From assembly GCA_016929365.1 (NCBI GenBank), contig JAFGIZ010000160.1, positions 1 to 40,662 on the forward strand: a stretch of 40,662 bases of DNA, read 5' to 3'. Shown here one piece after another: positions 19,416-28,898 of the stretch. Every line of letters starts with the position of its first letter. Positions within the stretch are counted from its first letter, which is position 1. Position numbers and translations under genes: made by a program. The DNA comes from Lentisphaerota bacterium (GTDB lineage: Bacteria > Verrucomicrobiota > Kiritimatiellia > UBA8416 > JAFGIZ01). The notes under the pieces are model-generated. The model saw only the letters and a program-made list of their open reading frames with translations, searched no databases and was not told the DNA's origin.

Positions 19416-21821
19416 ATGCATAGAGTACGTCACTACAACCGTTATACAACCGCCGTCTTGTCCGCGCTGGCCGTATGGCCGTGCAGCCGGGCCAGCGCGG
19501 CGCCACCGCCCGCCCCGGACCCCGCGCCACCGATCGTCACGGCCTTGCAGCGCGACCGGGACTGGGAGGAAGCCCTGCCCCGCCTGCGCGCGATGGGCTG
19601 TAATCACGTCTGGCTCTCCTGGGGCACCGAGGTGCTGGCGCCGCGTGCGAAGGAAGCCGGCATCGAACCCGTCATCCTGTCGCACCCGGCCTCGCATACG
19701 CCGCGCACCCACGATCCATCCCAGTGGGTCCATTGCTACCTCAAATCACTCTGGCAACGGAAGGAGGACGCCGACCTCGTCCTCCCGCTCGAGGACGTGT
19801 GCGATCCAACCCGCTACTATCTCGACCCGCATACCGACCCGGTGCGGCTTCGCGTGCTGGAGCAGGATACCGGACGTGTTCTGCCCCACTCGGAATGGGA
19901 AGCCGACCTGCGAAAGCAGCAGGTGACCGTCCGGGGCGGAACGCCGGGCAAGAAGTACCGCGCCATTTTCCCCGTTGCCATGGTGCGCCCGCCGCACGCG
20001 CACATCGGAAAACCCTACCCCCCCCGCTTAACGGACGGGGTCTCCAGTCCCGAGCGCCGCGCCATGCATTACGACTGGGTCCGCGCCCGGCTTAAAGACT
20101 CGCCGGCCGCCTCCGTCCTGCGGCCCACGTCGTTGCAGTATTTTTTTCTGCAGATCCGGCAGCCCCGGCCCGGCGAGCAACGCGGCGATTATCTCGCCTG
20201 GTCCTGGTACGCCTACTGGGCCGGCATGAATCCCGCGCGCTTTGCGCTGTACGAGCAGCGCCACGGCGAGGCGTTCGATCCGCTGTGGATCATGGAACGC
20301 GGCTACGGCGAGGAGGGGTACCTGCCCCATCCCGCCTACCGCCGCTGGATCGACCTGATGCGGGAGGAGGTGCTCGAGTACACGCGGGGCATGAACGCCA
20401 TCATCCACGCGGACGGCCGCCGTTCCCGCTGGTTCTGGGGCGACGACTGGAAAGGCGTCGAACCGTGGCTGGGCGACGTGGATCGTGCGGGATTCGACGA
20501 AGTGGTCTGCTCCCTGAATTCCGGCCCGAAGACGGTGCGCCGCCTCACGGGTTTCCCGTCCAACGCGCGCCGGATCATCCGCCTGCCGTGGGTCAACCTG
20601 GAGCACGATCACCCGGACGTGTTTGACGCGCGCTGGGCGGAGAACTGGCGCTGGATCCGGCGCGAGGTGTTCTTCCAGTGTCCGGCCGGCATCACGGCCG
20701 GCGGCGACGTGCGCGGCGCCTTCGAGGCCGGGTGCGGAGACTCGATCGCCAACACCATGCAGGAATTCCGGACCATCCACGAGCGGATCTACGGAAAGCG
20801 CCTCTACCGGCACGAGGGCCTGACCGTCTACGTGGCCGACGCGTGGGGCGCCATGCGCTCGTGGGCCGTGCCGACGCACTACATCTCCCGTAACCGGCCC
20901 TTGCACGCCATGCTGGACTGGCCGGTCGAGATCCGGTTTGTCGCGTTCGACGAGATTGCCTCCGGCGGCGTGCCGGCCGACGCGTCGTTGCTGCTGCTCG
21001 TCGGGGAACCGGAGACGGCCTGGGCGGGCGGCGAGCTGTGGGAGAATCCCGCGCTGGCGGAGGCCGTCCGCACCTACGTCCGAAACGGCGGCGGGCTGCT
21101 CGCGATCGGCGGGGCCTCGGTGACCGGCGGCGCCTTCGCGCTCGGCGACCTGCTCGGGATCCGCTACGCCGCCCCGGCGACCGACCGGGCGGCGAAACAG
21201 CTCTGGAACCTGACACGCTGGGTCGACGCGGGGTACCCGCCTTCGGAATTCGGCGAGATGAGCGACGCCTACCTCGAGACGCAGCCGGAACTCGCGGAAG
21301 AAAACCTGCCTGTTTCGCTGCGCGGCCCCTTCGGGCTCGCCGCACCCGGGACGCTGTTGTGCGACACCCTGGTCTCCGCGCGGGATCCCGGAACCGTCAT
21401 CGCACGCGATGAGGCAGGGCGTCCCGCGGCGGTGCTGACCTCCCACGGGGAGGGGCGCGCCTGCTACATCGCGGGATACGGCGAGAACCCGCGTTTTCTC
21501 AAACCTTTGGCGTTCTATCTGGCGCGCGTGACGGACGCACGGGCGCGGCTCGACACCGATCACCCGACCGTCGCCGTTTACGTGTACCCCGGGGAAAACC
21601 TGGCCATCGTCTACAACCACGGCGCGGAGACGGCCGACGCCCGCGTCCGCCTCGATCCGGCCGCGCTCGGCCTGGCCGCGGGGACAGGCGATCTCCTGCT
21701 TCGGGATATCGACGGCGGCGAAGACCGCGCGGTATCCGCGCCGGCGCTTCGCGCCGGCTTTCCCGTCACGCTCGCGCCTGGCCAGGCCCTCTACTGGCGG
21801 GTGGAAGGCCAGGCCTTCTGA
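19416..21821 (+). CDS. GH112-like glycoside phosphorylase (lacto-N-biose / galacto-N-biose phosphorylase family) with an N-terminal signal-peptide-like extension
   Basis: From memory of Bifidobacterium LnbP, several blocks line up. WIDLMREEV...RWFWGDDWKGVEPWLGDVDRAGFDEVVCSLNSG matches WIDFL...MMFLGDQWIGTEPYKDGFDELGLDAVVGSIGDG. FRTIHERIYG...AWGAMRSWAV matches FRDIHDR...SWGKMRSWMA. IRFVAFDEI...GGELWENPALAEAVRTYVRNGGGLLAIG matches VRFISFDDV...GGDVWTNPKLVETVRAWVRGGGAFVGVG. AAGGAG RBS. The N-terminus TTAVLSALAVWPCSRASAAPP looks like a Sec signal. Confidence 0.6.
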   Translation: MHRVRHYNRYTTAVLSALAVWPCSRASAAPPPAPDPAPPIVTALQRDRDWEEALPRLRAMGCNHVWLSWGTEVLAPRAKEAGIEPVILSHPASHTPRTHDPSQWVHCYLKSLWQRKEDADLVLPLEDVCDPTRYYLDPHTDPVRLRVLEQDTGRVLPHSEWEADLRKQQVTVRGGTPGKKYRAIFPVAMVRPPHAHIGKPYPPRLTDGVSSPERRAMHYDWVRARLKDSPAASVLRPTSLQYFFLQIRQPRPGEQRGDYLAWSWYAYWAGMNPARFALYEQRHGEAFDPLWIMERGYGEEGYLPHPAYRRWIDLMREEVLEYTRGMNAIIHADGRRSRWFWGDDWKGVEPWLGDVDRAGFDEVVCSLNSGPKTVRRLTGFPSNARRIIRLPWVNLEHDHPDVFDARWAENWRWIRREVFFQCPAGITAGGDVRGAFEAGCGDSIANTMQEFRTIHERIYGKRLYRHEGLTVYVADAWGAMRSWAVPTHYISRNRPLHAMLDWPVEIRFVAFDEIASGGVPADASLLLLVGEPETAWAGGELWENPALAEAVRTYVRNGGGLLAIGGASVTGGAFALGDLLGIRYAAPATDRAAKQLWNLTRWVDAGYPPSEFGEMSDAYLETQPELAEENLPVSLRGPFGLAAPGTLLCDTLVSARDPGTVIARDEAGRPAAVLTSHGEGRACYIAGYGENPRFLKPLAFYLARVTDARARLDTDHPTVAVYVYPGENLAIVYNHGAETADARVRLDPAALGLAAGTGDLLLRDIDGGEDRAVSAPALRAGFPVTLAPGQALYWRVEGQAF

Positions 21822-21877
21822 CCACCTCGCCAAAGTTGCCGGGAGCGGTATCGGAACCCACAACCATGGAGGACGGC

Positions 21878-23596
21878 ATGAACCGGCTAGAGAAGACGCA
21901 TCGCAAATCCCGGAAGCACCGTTGGCGCCGGGGGGACGGCGCCCGGCGGAGCGTCTCGTTGACCCTCTCCGCGGGCGCGCTTGCGCTCGGGGTCAACGCG
22001 CTGGGGGCCGAACCCGACGCCCGGCCGAACATCCTGTTCATCCTGACCGACGACCAGGGCTGGGCCGAGTCGTCGGTGCCGATCGACCCCGCGGTGCCGC
22101 ACGGTTCCTGCCCGTACCTGGAGACCCCCCACATCGAGCGGCTCGCGGGCGAGGGTATGCGGTTCACCGACGGCTATGCCTCCGCCCCGATCTGCACCCC
22201 GACGCGCCGCAGCGTGCTGTGCGGCATGACGACAGCGCGGCAACGGGGCACGGAATTCCCCAGCGCCTTCGATCCGCGCGAGCATCTGACGATCCCGCGG
22301 GCGCTGAAAGCCGTCGACCCGGCATACCGCTGCGCGCATTTCGGGAAATGGGGTTCGAGCATGGAGGCCGCGCCGGAAGAGGCCGGGTACGACGAGAGCG
22401 ACGGGATTACCGGCAATTTCACCGGCGATTTTCTCGACTGGAAGGCGTTCTTCCAGCGTAAGCAAGCGGGAACGTGGACCCGGATCGCCGGGGAGCCGTT
22501 CGAAGATCCCAAGCGGACCTTCAGCATCACGGACCGCGCGGTGGATTTCATGCGCCGCCAGGCAGGCGCCTCGCGGCCTTTCTATGCGCAGGTCAGCTAC
22601 TACGCCGTCCACGACCAGATCCAGGCCCGGGCCGAAACCCTCGCAAAATATCGCGAGAAAGGCACCCCGCCGCGCGACTTTCCGCTGGAATTCGCCGCCA
22701 TGCTGGAGGATTTGGACGTCGGGATCGGCCGCCTGCTGCAGGCCGTCGACGAGCTGGGCATCGCGGACAACACCTTCGTCTTCCTGGCCTCCGATAACGG
22801 CGGTCATCAACACCGCTGGAACAACCCGCTCTACCGCAACCGTGTTTCGGGAACGCGATCGCAGCCAACGAGCGCGGGGGAACCCGCTGTCCCGGCTGAG
22901 GTCGAGCCGGACGAACGGCTGCCCGACAATTACCCTCTGCGCGGGGCTAAACAGTGGCTTTACGAAGGCGGTATCCGCGTGCCGTTTCTCGCCCGCGGAC
23001 CCGGCATCGAAGGGGGCGCGCTGACGCGCGAACCCGTGGTCCTCTACGACCTGCTGCCCACGTTCGTCGACATGGCCGGCGGTGACCCGGCGGCGTTGCC
23101 CGGCGACATAGACGGCGGCAGCCTGAAACCGCTGCTGCTCGGCACCGGCGGCGTCCGGCGGGCGCTGCCCGGGCTCGTGTTTCATCGCCCGCTCCTGCGG
23201 TTCCGCGGGGGAAGCCCCTTGCCGCACATGGGCATGTCGGCTTACCGGGCGGGAGACTGGAAGCTCGTTGTCGACTGGGTGGCGGGCGAAAAGGAGCTTT
23301 TCAATCTCCGGCGGGATCCCGGCGAGGCCAAGAACCTGGCGGCCGCGCAGCCGGCCGAAACGGAAGCGCTCTTCAGCCAGCTCATGGACTACCTGGACGC
23401 GGTGGACGCCGAGCAGCCGCAGGCGCAACTGGAGTCCGTCGGCTTGAAGACCCGCAACACCGTGACGGATCCGAAGAAGATCGCAAACCTGAACGCCCTT
23501 GCCCGGAAAGCGCTGCAAGAAGGCCGCACCCCCCAGGAAGGCAGGCTTTCATCAGGGCCTGCCGGGTTGAGTGTGGGCGCCCACTCCACCCGATAA
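21878..23596 (+). CDS. Formylglycine-dependent sulfatase (arylsulfatase family)
   Basis: PNILFILTDDQGW, sulfatase signature APICTPTRRSVLCGM (CxPxR), HFGKWG and FLASDNGG. Start set to ATG 21878, with GGAGGA 4 nt upstream. The N-terminus has RR pairs followed by a hydrophobic stretch (SLTLSAGALALGVNALG), which is signal-like and possibly Tat-type. Confidence 0.9.
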   Translation: MNRLEKTHRKSRKHRWRRGDGARRSVSLTLSAGALALGVNALGAEPDARPNILFILTDDQGWAESSVPIDPAVPHGSCPYLETPHIERLAGEGMRFTDGYASAPICTPTRRSVLCGMTTARQRGTEFPSAFDPREHLTIPRALKAVDPAYRCAHFGKWGSSMEAAPEEAGYDESDGITGNFTGDFLDWKAFFQRKQAGTWTRIAGEPFEDPKRTFSITDRAVDFMRRQAGASRPFYAQVSYYAVHDQIQARAETLAKYREKGTPPRDFPLEFAAMLEDLDVGIGRLLQAVDELGIADNTFVFLASDNGGHQHRWNNPLYRNRVSGTRSQPTSAGEPAVPAEVEPDERLPDNYPLRGAKQWLYEGGIRVPFLARGPGIEGGALTREPVVLYDLLPTFVDMAGGDPAALPGDIDGGSLKPLLLGTGGVRRALPGLVFHRPLLRFRGGSPLPHMGMSAYRAGDWKLVVDWVAGEKELFNLRRDPGEAKNLAAAQPAETEALFSQLMDYLDAVDAEQPQAQLESVGLKTRNTVTDPKKIANLNALARKALQEGRTPQEGRLSSGPAGLSVGAHSTR

Positions 23597-23727
23597 CGCC
23601 ATGAGCCGCACATGGGGGGGCACAACATGCTGGGGTTGCCCGCACGGAACTTCGCCTGCGTCATCGACGTCCGCGCCCAACGCCGGATGTGAAGCGGAGC
23701 AGAACGAGGGGTGTCGCGGTCTGACCC

Positions 23728-24654
23728 TTAAGCCGCATTGTGTTCCCGGTATACCTCAAGCATGTATTCATAATTCTTCAGGGGCATGCCGGCAAAAATC
23801 GTGTTGGATGTGCCGAAGATGTATCCCCCGCCGGGTGCGCCGTGTGTCAGGCAATAGCGGGCGGATTCCCGGATTGCTTCACGCGGACCGTCCTGCAGCA
23901 GGCTGCACTGTACGTTGCCCATCAGCGCCAGCTTGCCGTGGCAACGGCGTTTTACCGCAGCGATATCCATCCCGGCCATGGGGTCAACGGACTGATAGCA
24001 TGCTGCGCCGAGCGCAATCCATTCATCCAGAATCCCCATGATGTTGCCGTCCGTGTGAATAAACGGAAAGAGGCCCCGATCCAGTATGTGCCGGATCTCT
24101 TCGCCCAAGTAAGGCAACACGAACTCACGCATGTGGTCTGGAGAAATGAATGTGCCGCCGTTACCGGCCACATCGTTGACCAGCAGAATGAATTCCGCGC
24201 CGGCATCGGCCAGGCGGTCGATACGTTGGAGCGCGGCGTCGCGCTTCCGCCGCGCGACGGCATGAACGGCGCGCGGGTGTTCGGCCAGGTCAACGGCAAA
24301 CTGCATCCAGTCCTGCACGGCTTCGATGGCCCAGACGGTACCGCCCACAATACTGCCGATCAGAACGCGGCTGCCGAAACGTTCGCGGGCGGCACGCACG
24401 CCATCGGGATCGCTCCACGGCCAGTAGACCGGCAGAGCATCCCACTGGTAGGTTTCCACGATACGCTCGTAGATATCCATGCATCGCGAAATCATCTCCC
24501 GCTTGCGCGCGGCCGTGCAATCTGCCCACGCCTCCCGCTTCGGGAAACGCAGTCCGAACGCCTCGTGTTCCAGTTCGAACATGGTTTCGAAGTGCGGCGG
24601 ACGATCGGGCTCTTCGAACCGCAAGGTCTTCAAGATTCTCTCGCGTCCCGTCAT
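23728..24654 (-). CDS. Uroporphyrinogen decarboxylase (URO-D) family protein, non-haem context (MtaA/CmuA-like methyltransferase or decarboxylase fold)
   Basis: N-terminus ILKTLRFEEPDRPP and C-terminus GGGYIFGTSNTIFAGMPLKNYEYMLEVY are typical ends of URO-D-fold proteins. GGAGAGAG RBS. Last gene of the minus-strand SDR-SDR-SGNH operon. Confidence 0.7.
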   Translation of the reverse strand: MTGRERILKTLRFEEPDRPPHFETMFELEHEAFGLRFPKREAWADCTAARKREMISRCMDIYERIVETYQWDALPVYWPWSDPDGVRAARERFGSRVLIGSIVGGTVWAIEAVQDWMQFAVDLAEHPRAVHAVARRKRDAALQRIDRLADAGAEFILLVNDVAGNGGTFISPDHMREFVLPYLGEEIRHILDRGLFPFIHTDGNIMGILDEWIALGAACYQSVDPMAGMDIAAVKRRCHGKLALMGNVQCSLLQDGPREAIRESARYCLTHGAPGGGYIFGTSNTIFAGMPLKNYEYMLEVYREHNAA

Positions 24655-24685
24655 ACGTATACTCTCTCCGGACTACACGACCGGA

Positions 24686-25759
24686 CTATCCGGCCGCGGC
24701 GCCGCGCGCAGGCGCCGATCTCACTGAGTGAAGCCGATCCGGCAGCGCGCCTGCCCATAAATCGGCCATTCGATCCATACCCTCGACACCAGGATGAACC
24801 GGGTCGTCGCCATACCATCGTGCCCGGTCACGGGCAAAGGCCGCGAAGAAATCCGGACCCTTCCCGAGTCCGACATCCCCGATCACGGCGTCTATGCCTA
24901 AGATGTACTGCCGTAACACCTCGGCGGCGCCGCAAATGTAGTCATAGCTTGGGCGCGCCAGAAAAATACGCTCAGGCACGGCGCCGAAATCGACGATCAG
25001 CGCATCCACGATACCGTGCAGGTTGGCGGTGAATTCAGCAGGGGAAACCTGCCGGCGCTCGTCGTTGACACCAAGATGTATCAACCAGACATTGGGCCGC
25101 AACAGGTGCATCCGGTCCCGCCAGCCGCCCTCATTGCCGCGTATCATAGCGAGATACCGGCTTGTCGTGCAGTTCCCCCACCCCTCGTTGGCGATGAACA
25201 CGGGCTGTTTCCATGTCTCTGTGAGGGAATTATTCAACCGGGTCATCCAACTCTCGAAACAGTTGACGGCGGGCGTGTGCACGGCGGCCGTGGGCCCAAA
25301 CTGCGGAAAATTGCGGCCATCGCGGGAAACGGATTCCTCCGGAAACACCGCTGAAGTCAGATGCAGGTTGTCACACCGGAATGCGCGCCCATGGTAGCCT
25401 TCCGTAAGGCTGTCTCCGAGCGCGGCGAGAATGCAGCCGATACCGAGCCCCTCCCACGCTTTCGCAGCCACCCCCCCCTCGCCGGCATCCCGGTATTCGA
25501 CGCGAACGGTGTAGTGTCCGGGCGCAAGCGGCGCAAAACGTGCAATCGGCCGGTCGCGGCTCACAAGCCGAACCGAGACCCGGCCCTCTGTGCTCCCTTC
25601 CAGAAGCACCCGGGCCCTTCTGCATCCGGAATCTGCGAACGCAACCCTGAGCGCCACTTCGCGGGCAGTCTGGATGTAGGGAATCGTGTATGTTCCCTGC
25701 ACATCCGACACCCGCAGCAGCAAGGGCGAGTTTAAGTCGTGGTTGAGATCGAGAGCCAT
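24686..25759 (-). CDS. SGNH/GDSL-family hydrolase (esterase) with an N-terminal beta-sandwich-like domain
   Basis: Block I ALGDSLTEG, block III HLGVNDE and block V DPVHPG occur in the expected order. About 100 aa of unassigned N-terminal region. No signal peptide seen. Confidence 0.75.
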   Translation of the reverse strand: MALDLNHDLNSPLLLRVSDVQGTYTIPYIQTAREVALRVAFADSGCRRARVLLEGSTEGRVSVRLVSRDRPIARFAPLAPGHYTVRVEYRDAGEGGVAAKAWEGLGIGCILAALGDSLTEGYHGRAFRCDNLHLTSAVFPEESVSRDGRNFPQFGPTAAVHTPAVNCFESWMTRLNNSLTETWKQPVFIANEGWGNCTTSRYLAMIRGNEGGWRDRMHLLRPNVWLIHLGVNDERRQVSPAEFTANLHGIVDALIVDFGAVPERIFLARPSYDYICGAAEVLRQYILGIDAVIGDVGLGKGPDFFAAFARDRARWYGDDPVHPGVEGMDRMADLWAGALPDRLHSVRSAPARGAAAG

Positions 25760-25793
25760 CAGGGTTAACCGGCCGCACGCCGCGCTTTAAGAT

Positions 25794-26570
25794 TCAGATG
25801 CGAGACATTACGTTTCCGCTGCAAACCGGAAGATACACCCCCGTGATGGACGCCGCCAGATCGGAAGCCAGGAAACAGACGGCATACGCAACGTCGACAT
25901 CTCGCGTCCGGCGTTTCAGGGGAAGCGCCTGCGTGTACTCGGGCCCGGGGTCTCGGAATCCGCCGTGTTCATCGCGATACCGGTCACTTAGCGTCCAGCC
26001 GGGCGCCACCTGGTTGACGGTGATGCCATCTTTCCCGACTTCCTTCGCCAGCACGCGCAACAGGCGGTCCTGCCCGCCCTTTCCCGAGACGTAGGCTGAC
26101 TGGGACGGATCGCACTGCATGGTACACTCCGTGTTAATCGCGATATAACGCCCCCACCCCTTTGCCTGCATGGCGGGAACAAAAGCCTGGGCCAGAAATA
26201 CGTTCTGCAACACGCATGTACGGAATTGGCTTTCGTAATCCGCTTCCGACTCTCCCAGCACGCTGTCCCACGGGGCTATCTGCTCCACGGCATTGGCCAC
26301 GACGATATCGGGTGCCGCAAGCCGAACGGCAATCTCTTCCCGCATCGCCATGACAGAATCCCGATCCCCTACGTCGGCCTGGACCGTCACCGCCCGCCGG
26401 CCCTTGGCCAGCACCCCGGCGGCCAGTTCCTCCGCCTTGGACTGATTGGTTCTGTAGTGGATCGCCGTATCGGCGCCGCAATTCGCCAATTGATCGATCA
26501 TCACCCGCCCCAGGTCGCCGGTTGCCCCCGTAACCAAGGCCGTCTTACCGTTGAGGTCAATGGTCCGCAT
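25794..26570 (-). CDS. Short-chain dehydrogenase/reductase (SDR)
   Basis: TALVTGATGDLG cofactor motif, NAV, and a YVSGK (YxxxK) catalytic motif. Start moved to ATG 26570 (MRTIDLNGK), with GGGAGG upstream and 13 nt after the preceding SDR stop. The track start 26675 overlaps the neighbouring gene. Confidence 0.85.
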   Translation of the reverse strand: MRTIDLNGKTALVTGATGDLGRVMIDQLANCGADTAIHYRTNQSKAEELAAGVLAKGRRAVTVQADVGDRDSVMAMREEIAVRLAAPDIVVANAVEQIAPWDSVLGESEADYESQFRTCVLQNVFLAQAFVPAMQAKGWGRYIAINTECTMQCDPSQSAYVSGKGGQDRLLRVLAKEVGKDGITVNQVAPGWTLSDRYRDEHGGFRDPGPEYTQALPLKRRTRDVDVAYAVCFLASDLAASITGVYLPVCSGNVMSRI

Positions 26571-26583
26571 CCGCGTTCCTCCC

Positions 26584-27348
26584 TTATACGCATAATGCCT
26601 GATGGCCGCCATCCACCCGCAGGGTGATGCCGGATATGTATTCTGCTTCCCGCGATGCCAGAAAAAGCACGGCATGCCCGATGTCCCGGGGGGTGCCGAT
26701 GCGGCCGACCGGCACTCGCCGCTTGATCTCCTCCGCCGGCCCCGGTCGTTCCCAGTGATGGCGGGTCATGTCCGTCAGAATCATGCCCGGCGCCACCGCA
26801 TTGCACGTGATTCCGTGTTTGCCGAGAGCCGTCGCGAATCCGACCATGGTCATTCGCATGCCGGCCTTGGATGCGCCGTAATCGACCTGAACCGGCTGCG
26901 TTACGTTCTCGGCCAGCGAGGTGATGAAGACCACACGCCCGCCGTCACCCTGCTCGATCATCTTCTCGGCCGCAAGCTGCGTGCAGTGAAACGCGCCGTT
27001 CAGGTTCACATCGATCGTCTTTTCCCATGTATCCGGCTCCATCTCCATCACGTCGCGGAACGGACAGATTCCGGCATTGTTCACCAGCACATCAAGGCGG
27101 CCGAACTGTGCCGTCACCCCGTCGATCATGGCGGCTACCGACGCACGGTCCGCAACGTCACAGGGGATACCTACGGCATCCCGGGCACTGGCCTCGTCTT
27201 TCAGCCTTTGCGCTGCCGTTCGCGCTTGTTGCGAATCCAGGTCGGCCACCACAATCCTGTCCCCTGCCGCCGCAAAGCACTCGGCAATCCCGTAACCGAT
27301 TCCCCGTGCGGCTCCGGTAATTATCACGATCCTGTCCTGTTGCTTCAT
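26584..27348 (-). CDS. Short-chain dehydrogenase/reductase (FabG-like)
   Basis: VIITGAARGIGYGIA (TGxxxGxG), NNAG, YGASKAG (YxxxK), PGMILTDM. Confidence 0.9.
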   Translation of the reverse strand: MKQQDRIVIITGAARGIGYGIAECFAAAGDRIVVADLDSQQARTAAQRLKDEASARDAVGIPCDVADRASVAAMIDGVTAQFGRLDVLVNNAGICPFRDVMEMEPDTWEKTIDVNLNGAFHCTQLAAEKMIEQGDGGRVVFITSLAENVTQPVQVDYGASKAGMRMTMVGFATALGKHGITCNAVAPGMILTDMTRHHWERPGPAEEIKRRVPVGRIGTPRDIGHAVLFLASREAEYISGITLRVDGGHQALCV

Positions 27349-27471
27349 CAGAATACTCCGCTTTTACCTCGCCAGAGACCCACCATCGGGCACCAGACTA
27401 TACCGAAAAGGAAACACTGACCATGCACAGAGAAGACTCCAGACTTGCACAATCCTGATTTTGTTGCTCAT

Positions 27472-28380
27472 ATGCGCTTTATGCAAGCGGTCCGGCCGGC
27501 GCCCTCCAGGCAAGCACTGCCCGAGTCCCCCGTGCGTATCTTCCCCGATCGATTGTGGACACAGTCCGTCACGGGGCATCGCGGCGGAGAGTGGTCGGCG
27601 CTTTACGCCGATACACACACCGGCCCGCGGACGGGCGGTCCGTTGGCTCGCCATGATTTCTGGGAGTTGAGCGTGGTACTGCACGGTGAAGGCGAATTTC
27701 TGGGGCCGGAACCGGTCTCGGTACGTGCCCGGGACTGTATCCTGGCCCCGCCCGGCATCGAACATAATGAATGCAGCCGGGATGAAGATTTTCGCACGCT
27801 CTGGATAGGCTTCAGAACCCGCGTCCTGAAGCCGTCCGAATGCCTGCGCTTGAATCACCAGGGCCTGGCGGACATGGCGCAGGACCTCTGGCTCTTTTCC
27901 CGCGAACAGGGCAAAGCCATCGGCCCCGAGCTGGATGCTCGAACAGCGGAACTGATCCTGCGCTTTCTCCGGCTGCACACGGAAACCGAGTCCCGTCACG
28001 GAGCGGACCGGGTATCCCGCGCCATCGACTACCTGGAAACAAACTACATTCGCGCCATATCCGTCAAGAGCCTGGCGCGCGATCTGAACTGCAGCGAAGG
28101 GTATCTGCACCGTTGTTTTAAAAAGCGTACGGGCTCTTCCCCCGCGGCCTACCTGCAAGCGCTTCGCATCCGGCAAGCCTGCTTTCTTCTTCGGCATACC
28201 CGGCTGACGATATGCGAAATCGGAGAACGCTGTGGCTACCCGGATCCCGCACACTTCAGCCGGATTTTCAAGAACACCGCCGGAAAATCGCCGAGGGCAT
28301 TCCGTCTGGGCAAGATTACTGACAGCGGCGCACCCCCACACCTCCGGCCTGAGGTCACACATGGCCAGGCAAAAGGCTGA
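27472..28380 (+). CDS. AraC-family transcriptional regulator (cupin sensor domain plus HTH)
   Basis: C-terminal double HTH: SVKSLARDLNCSEGYLHRCFKKRTGSSPAAYLQALRIRQACFLL...ICEIGERCGYPDPAHFSRIFKNTAGKSPRAF. The N-terminal half is AraC-type and cupin-like. Divergent from the SDR operon. The start could be TTG 27445, ATG 27472 or ATG 27481. Confidence 0.85.
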   Translation: MRFMQAVRPAPSRQALPESPVRIFPDRLWTQSVTGHRGGEWSALYADTHTGPRTGGPLARHDFWELSVVLHGEGEFLGPEPVSVRARDCILAPPGIEHNECSRDEDFRTLWIGFRTRVLKPSECLRLNHQGLADMAQDLWLFSREQGKAIGPELDARTAELILRFLRLHTETESRHGADRVSRAIDYLETNYIRAISVKSLARDLNCSEGYLHRCFKKRTGSSPAAYLQALRIRQACFLLRHTRLTICEIGERCGYPDPAHFSRIFKNTAGKSPRAFRLGKITDSGAPPHLRPEVTHGQAKG

Positions 28381-28446
28381 CCTCCGGGAACGCTTCAGTA
28401 TCTGCCTCAAGAAAGCAGAAGCAGAGCAATAACTTCAAGAGAGCGA

Positions 28447-28725
28447 ATGATGACGGCAGTGAACAGGGAAAAAGGGGATCGGCTTCCGGCGACGACCCAT
28501 CATGTGATGCCTTATTTCCTGAACCGCTACATGAACGGCGTTTCCATCCCGGAATTTTTTGAGCAGACGGGCCTGGACTTCATTTTGCGGACAATTCCTC
28601 AGAAACCGGATGAAGCGGCCGGCGCAAGCGGCGGATATATTCTTGCGCCGTCGGATCATTTCTTTGATGCTGATCCGGTACCGGTCACCGCATTTGCCGA
28701 AGAAGCGGCTGCGTGTGTTTATTGA
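28447..28725 (+). pseudogene. Probable internally deleted remnant of a URO-D-family gene
   Basis: The 92-aa ORF joins a URO-D-like N-terminus (AVNREKGDRLP...) directly to a URO-D-like C-terminus (SGGYILAPSDHFFDADPVPVTAFAEE). Compare GGGYIFGTSNTIFAGMPLKNYEYMLE in the full-length paralogue at 23728..24654. About 200 aa of the barrel are missing. Confidence 0.4.
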
Positions 28726-28898
28726 GACTTTTTATCCGGCCAGGCAGCGCGCACCCGTGGCTGTACCCGGGAAACAAGGCGTTACCCGGCACGATTGGCC
28801 GGACGGCGACACACCGGGACCACACGCAGCACCGGATCGCGCCCGGACGGAACAGCACGACAGTACGTTGACAGCGTGAAAGTGGAAGCCGGAACATC

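Noticed and set aside
20028-21863. 611-aa minus-strand ORF
   Set aside because: It is antisense to the GH112-like gene, with no recognisable domain and an R/G/P/A-rich composition.
21887-23518. 543-aa minus-strand ORF
   Set aside because: It is antisense to the sulfatase gene, which has the CxPxR signature.
23740-25032. 430-aa plus-strand ORF
   Set aside because: It is antisense to the URO-D-family and SGNH hydrolase genes, spans their intergenic gap, and has no motifs.
27364-28410. 348-aa minus-strand ORF
   Set aside because: It is antisense to the AraC regulator, whose double HTH is unmistakable on the plus strand.
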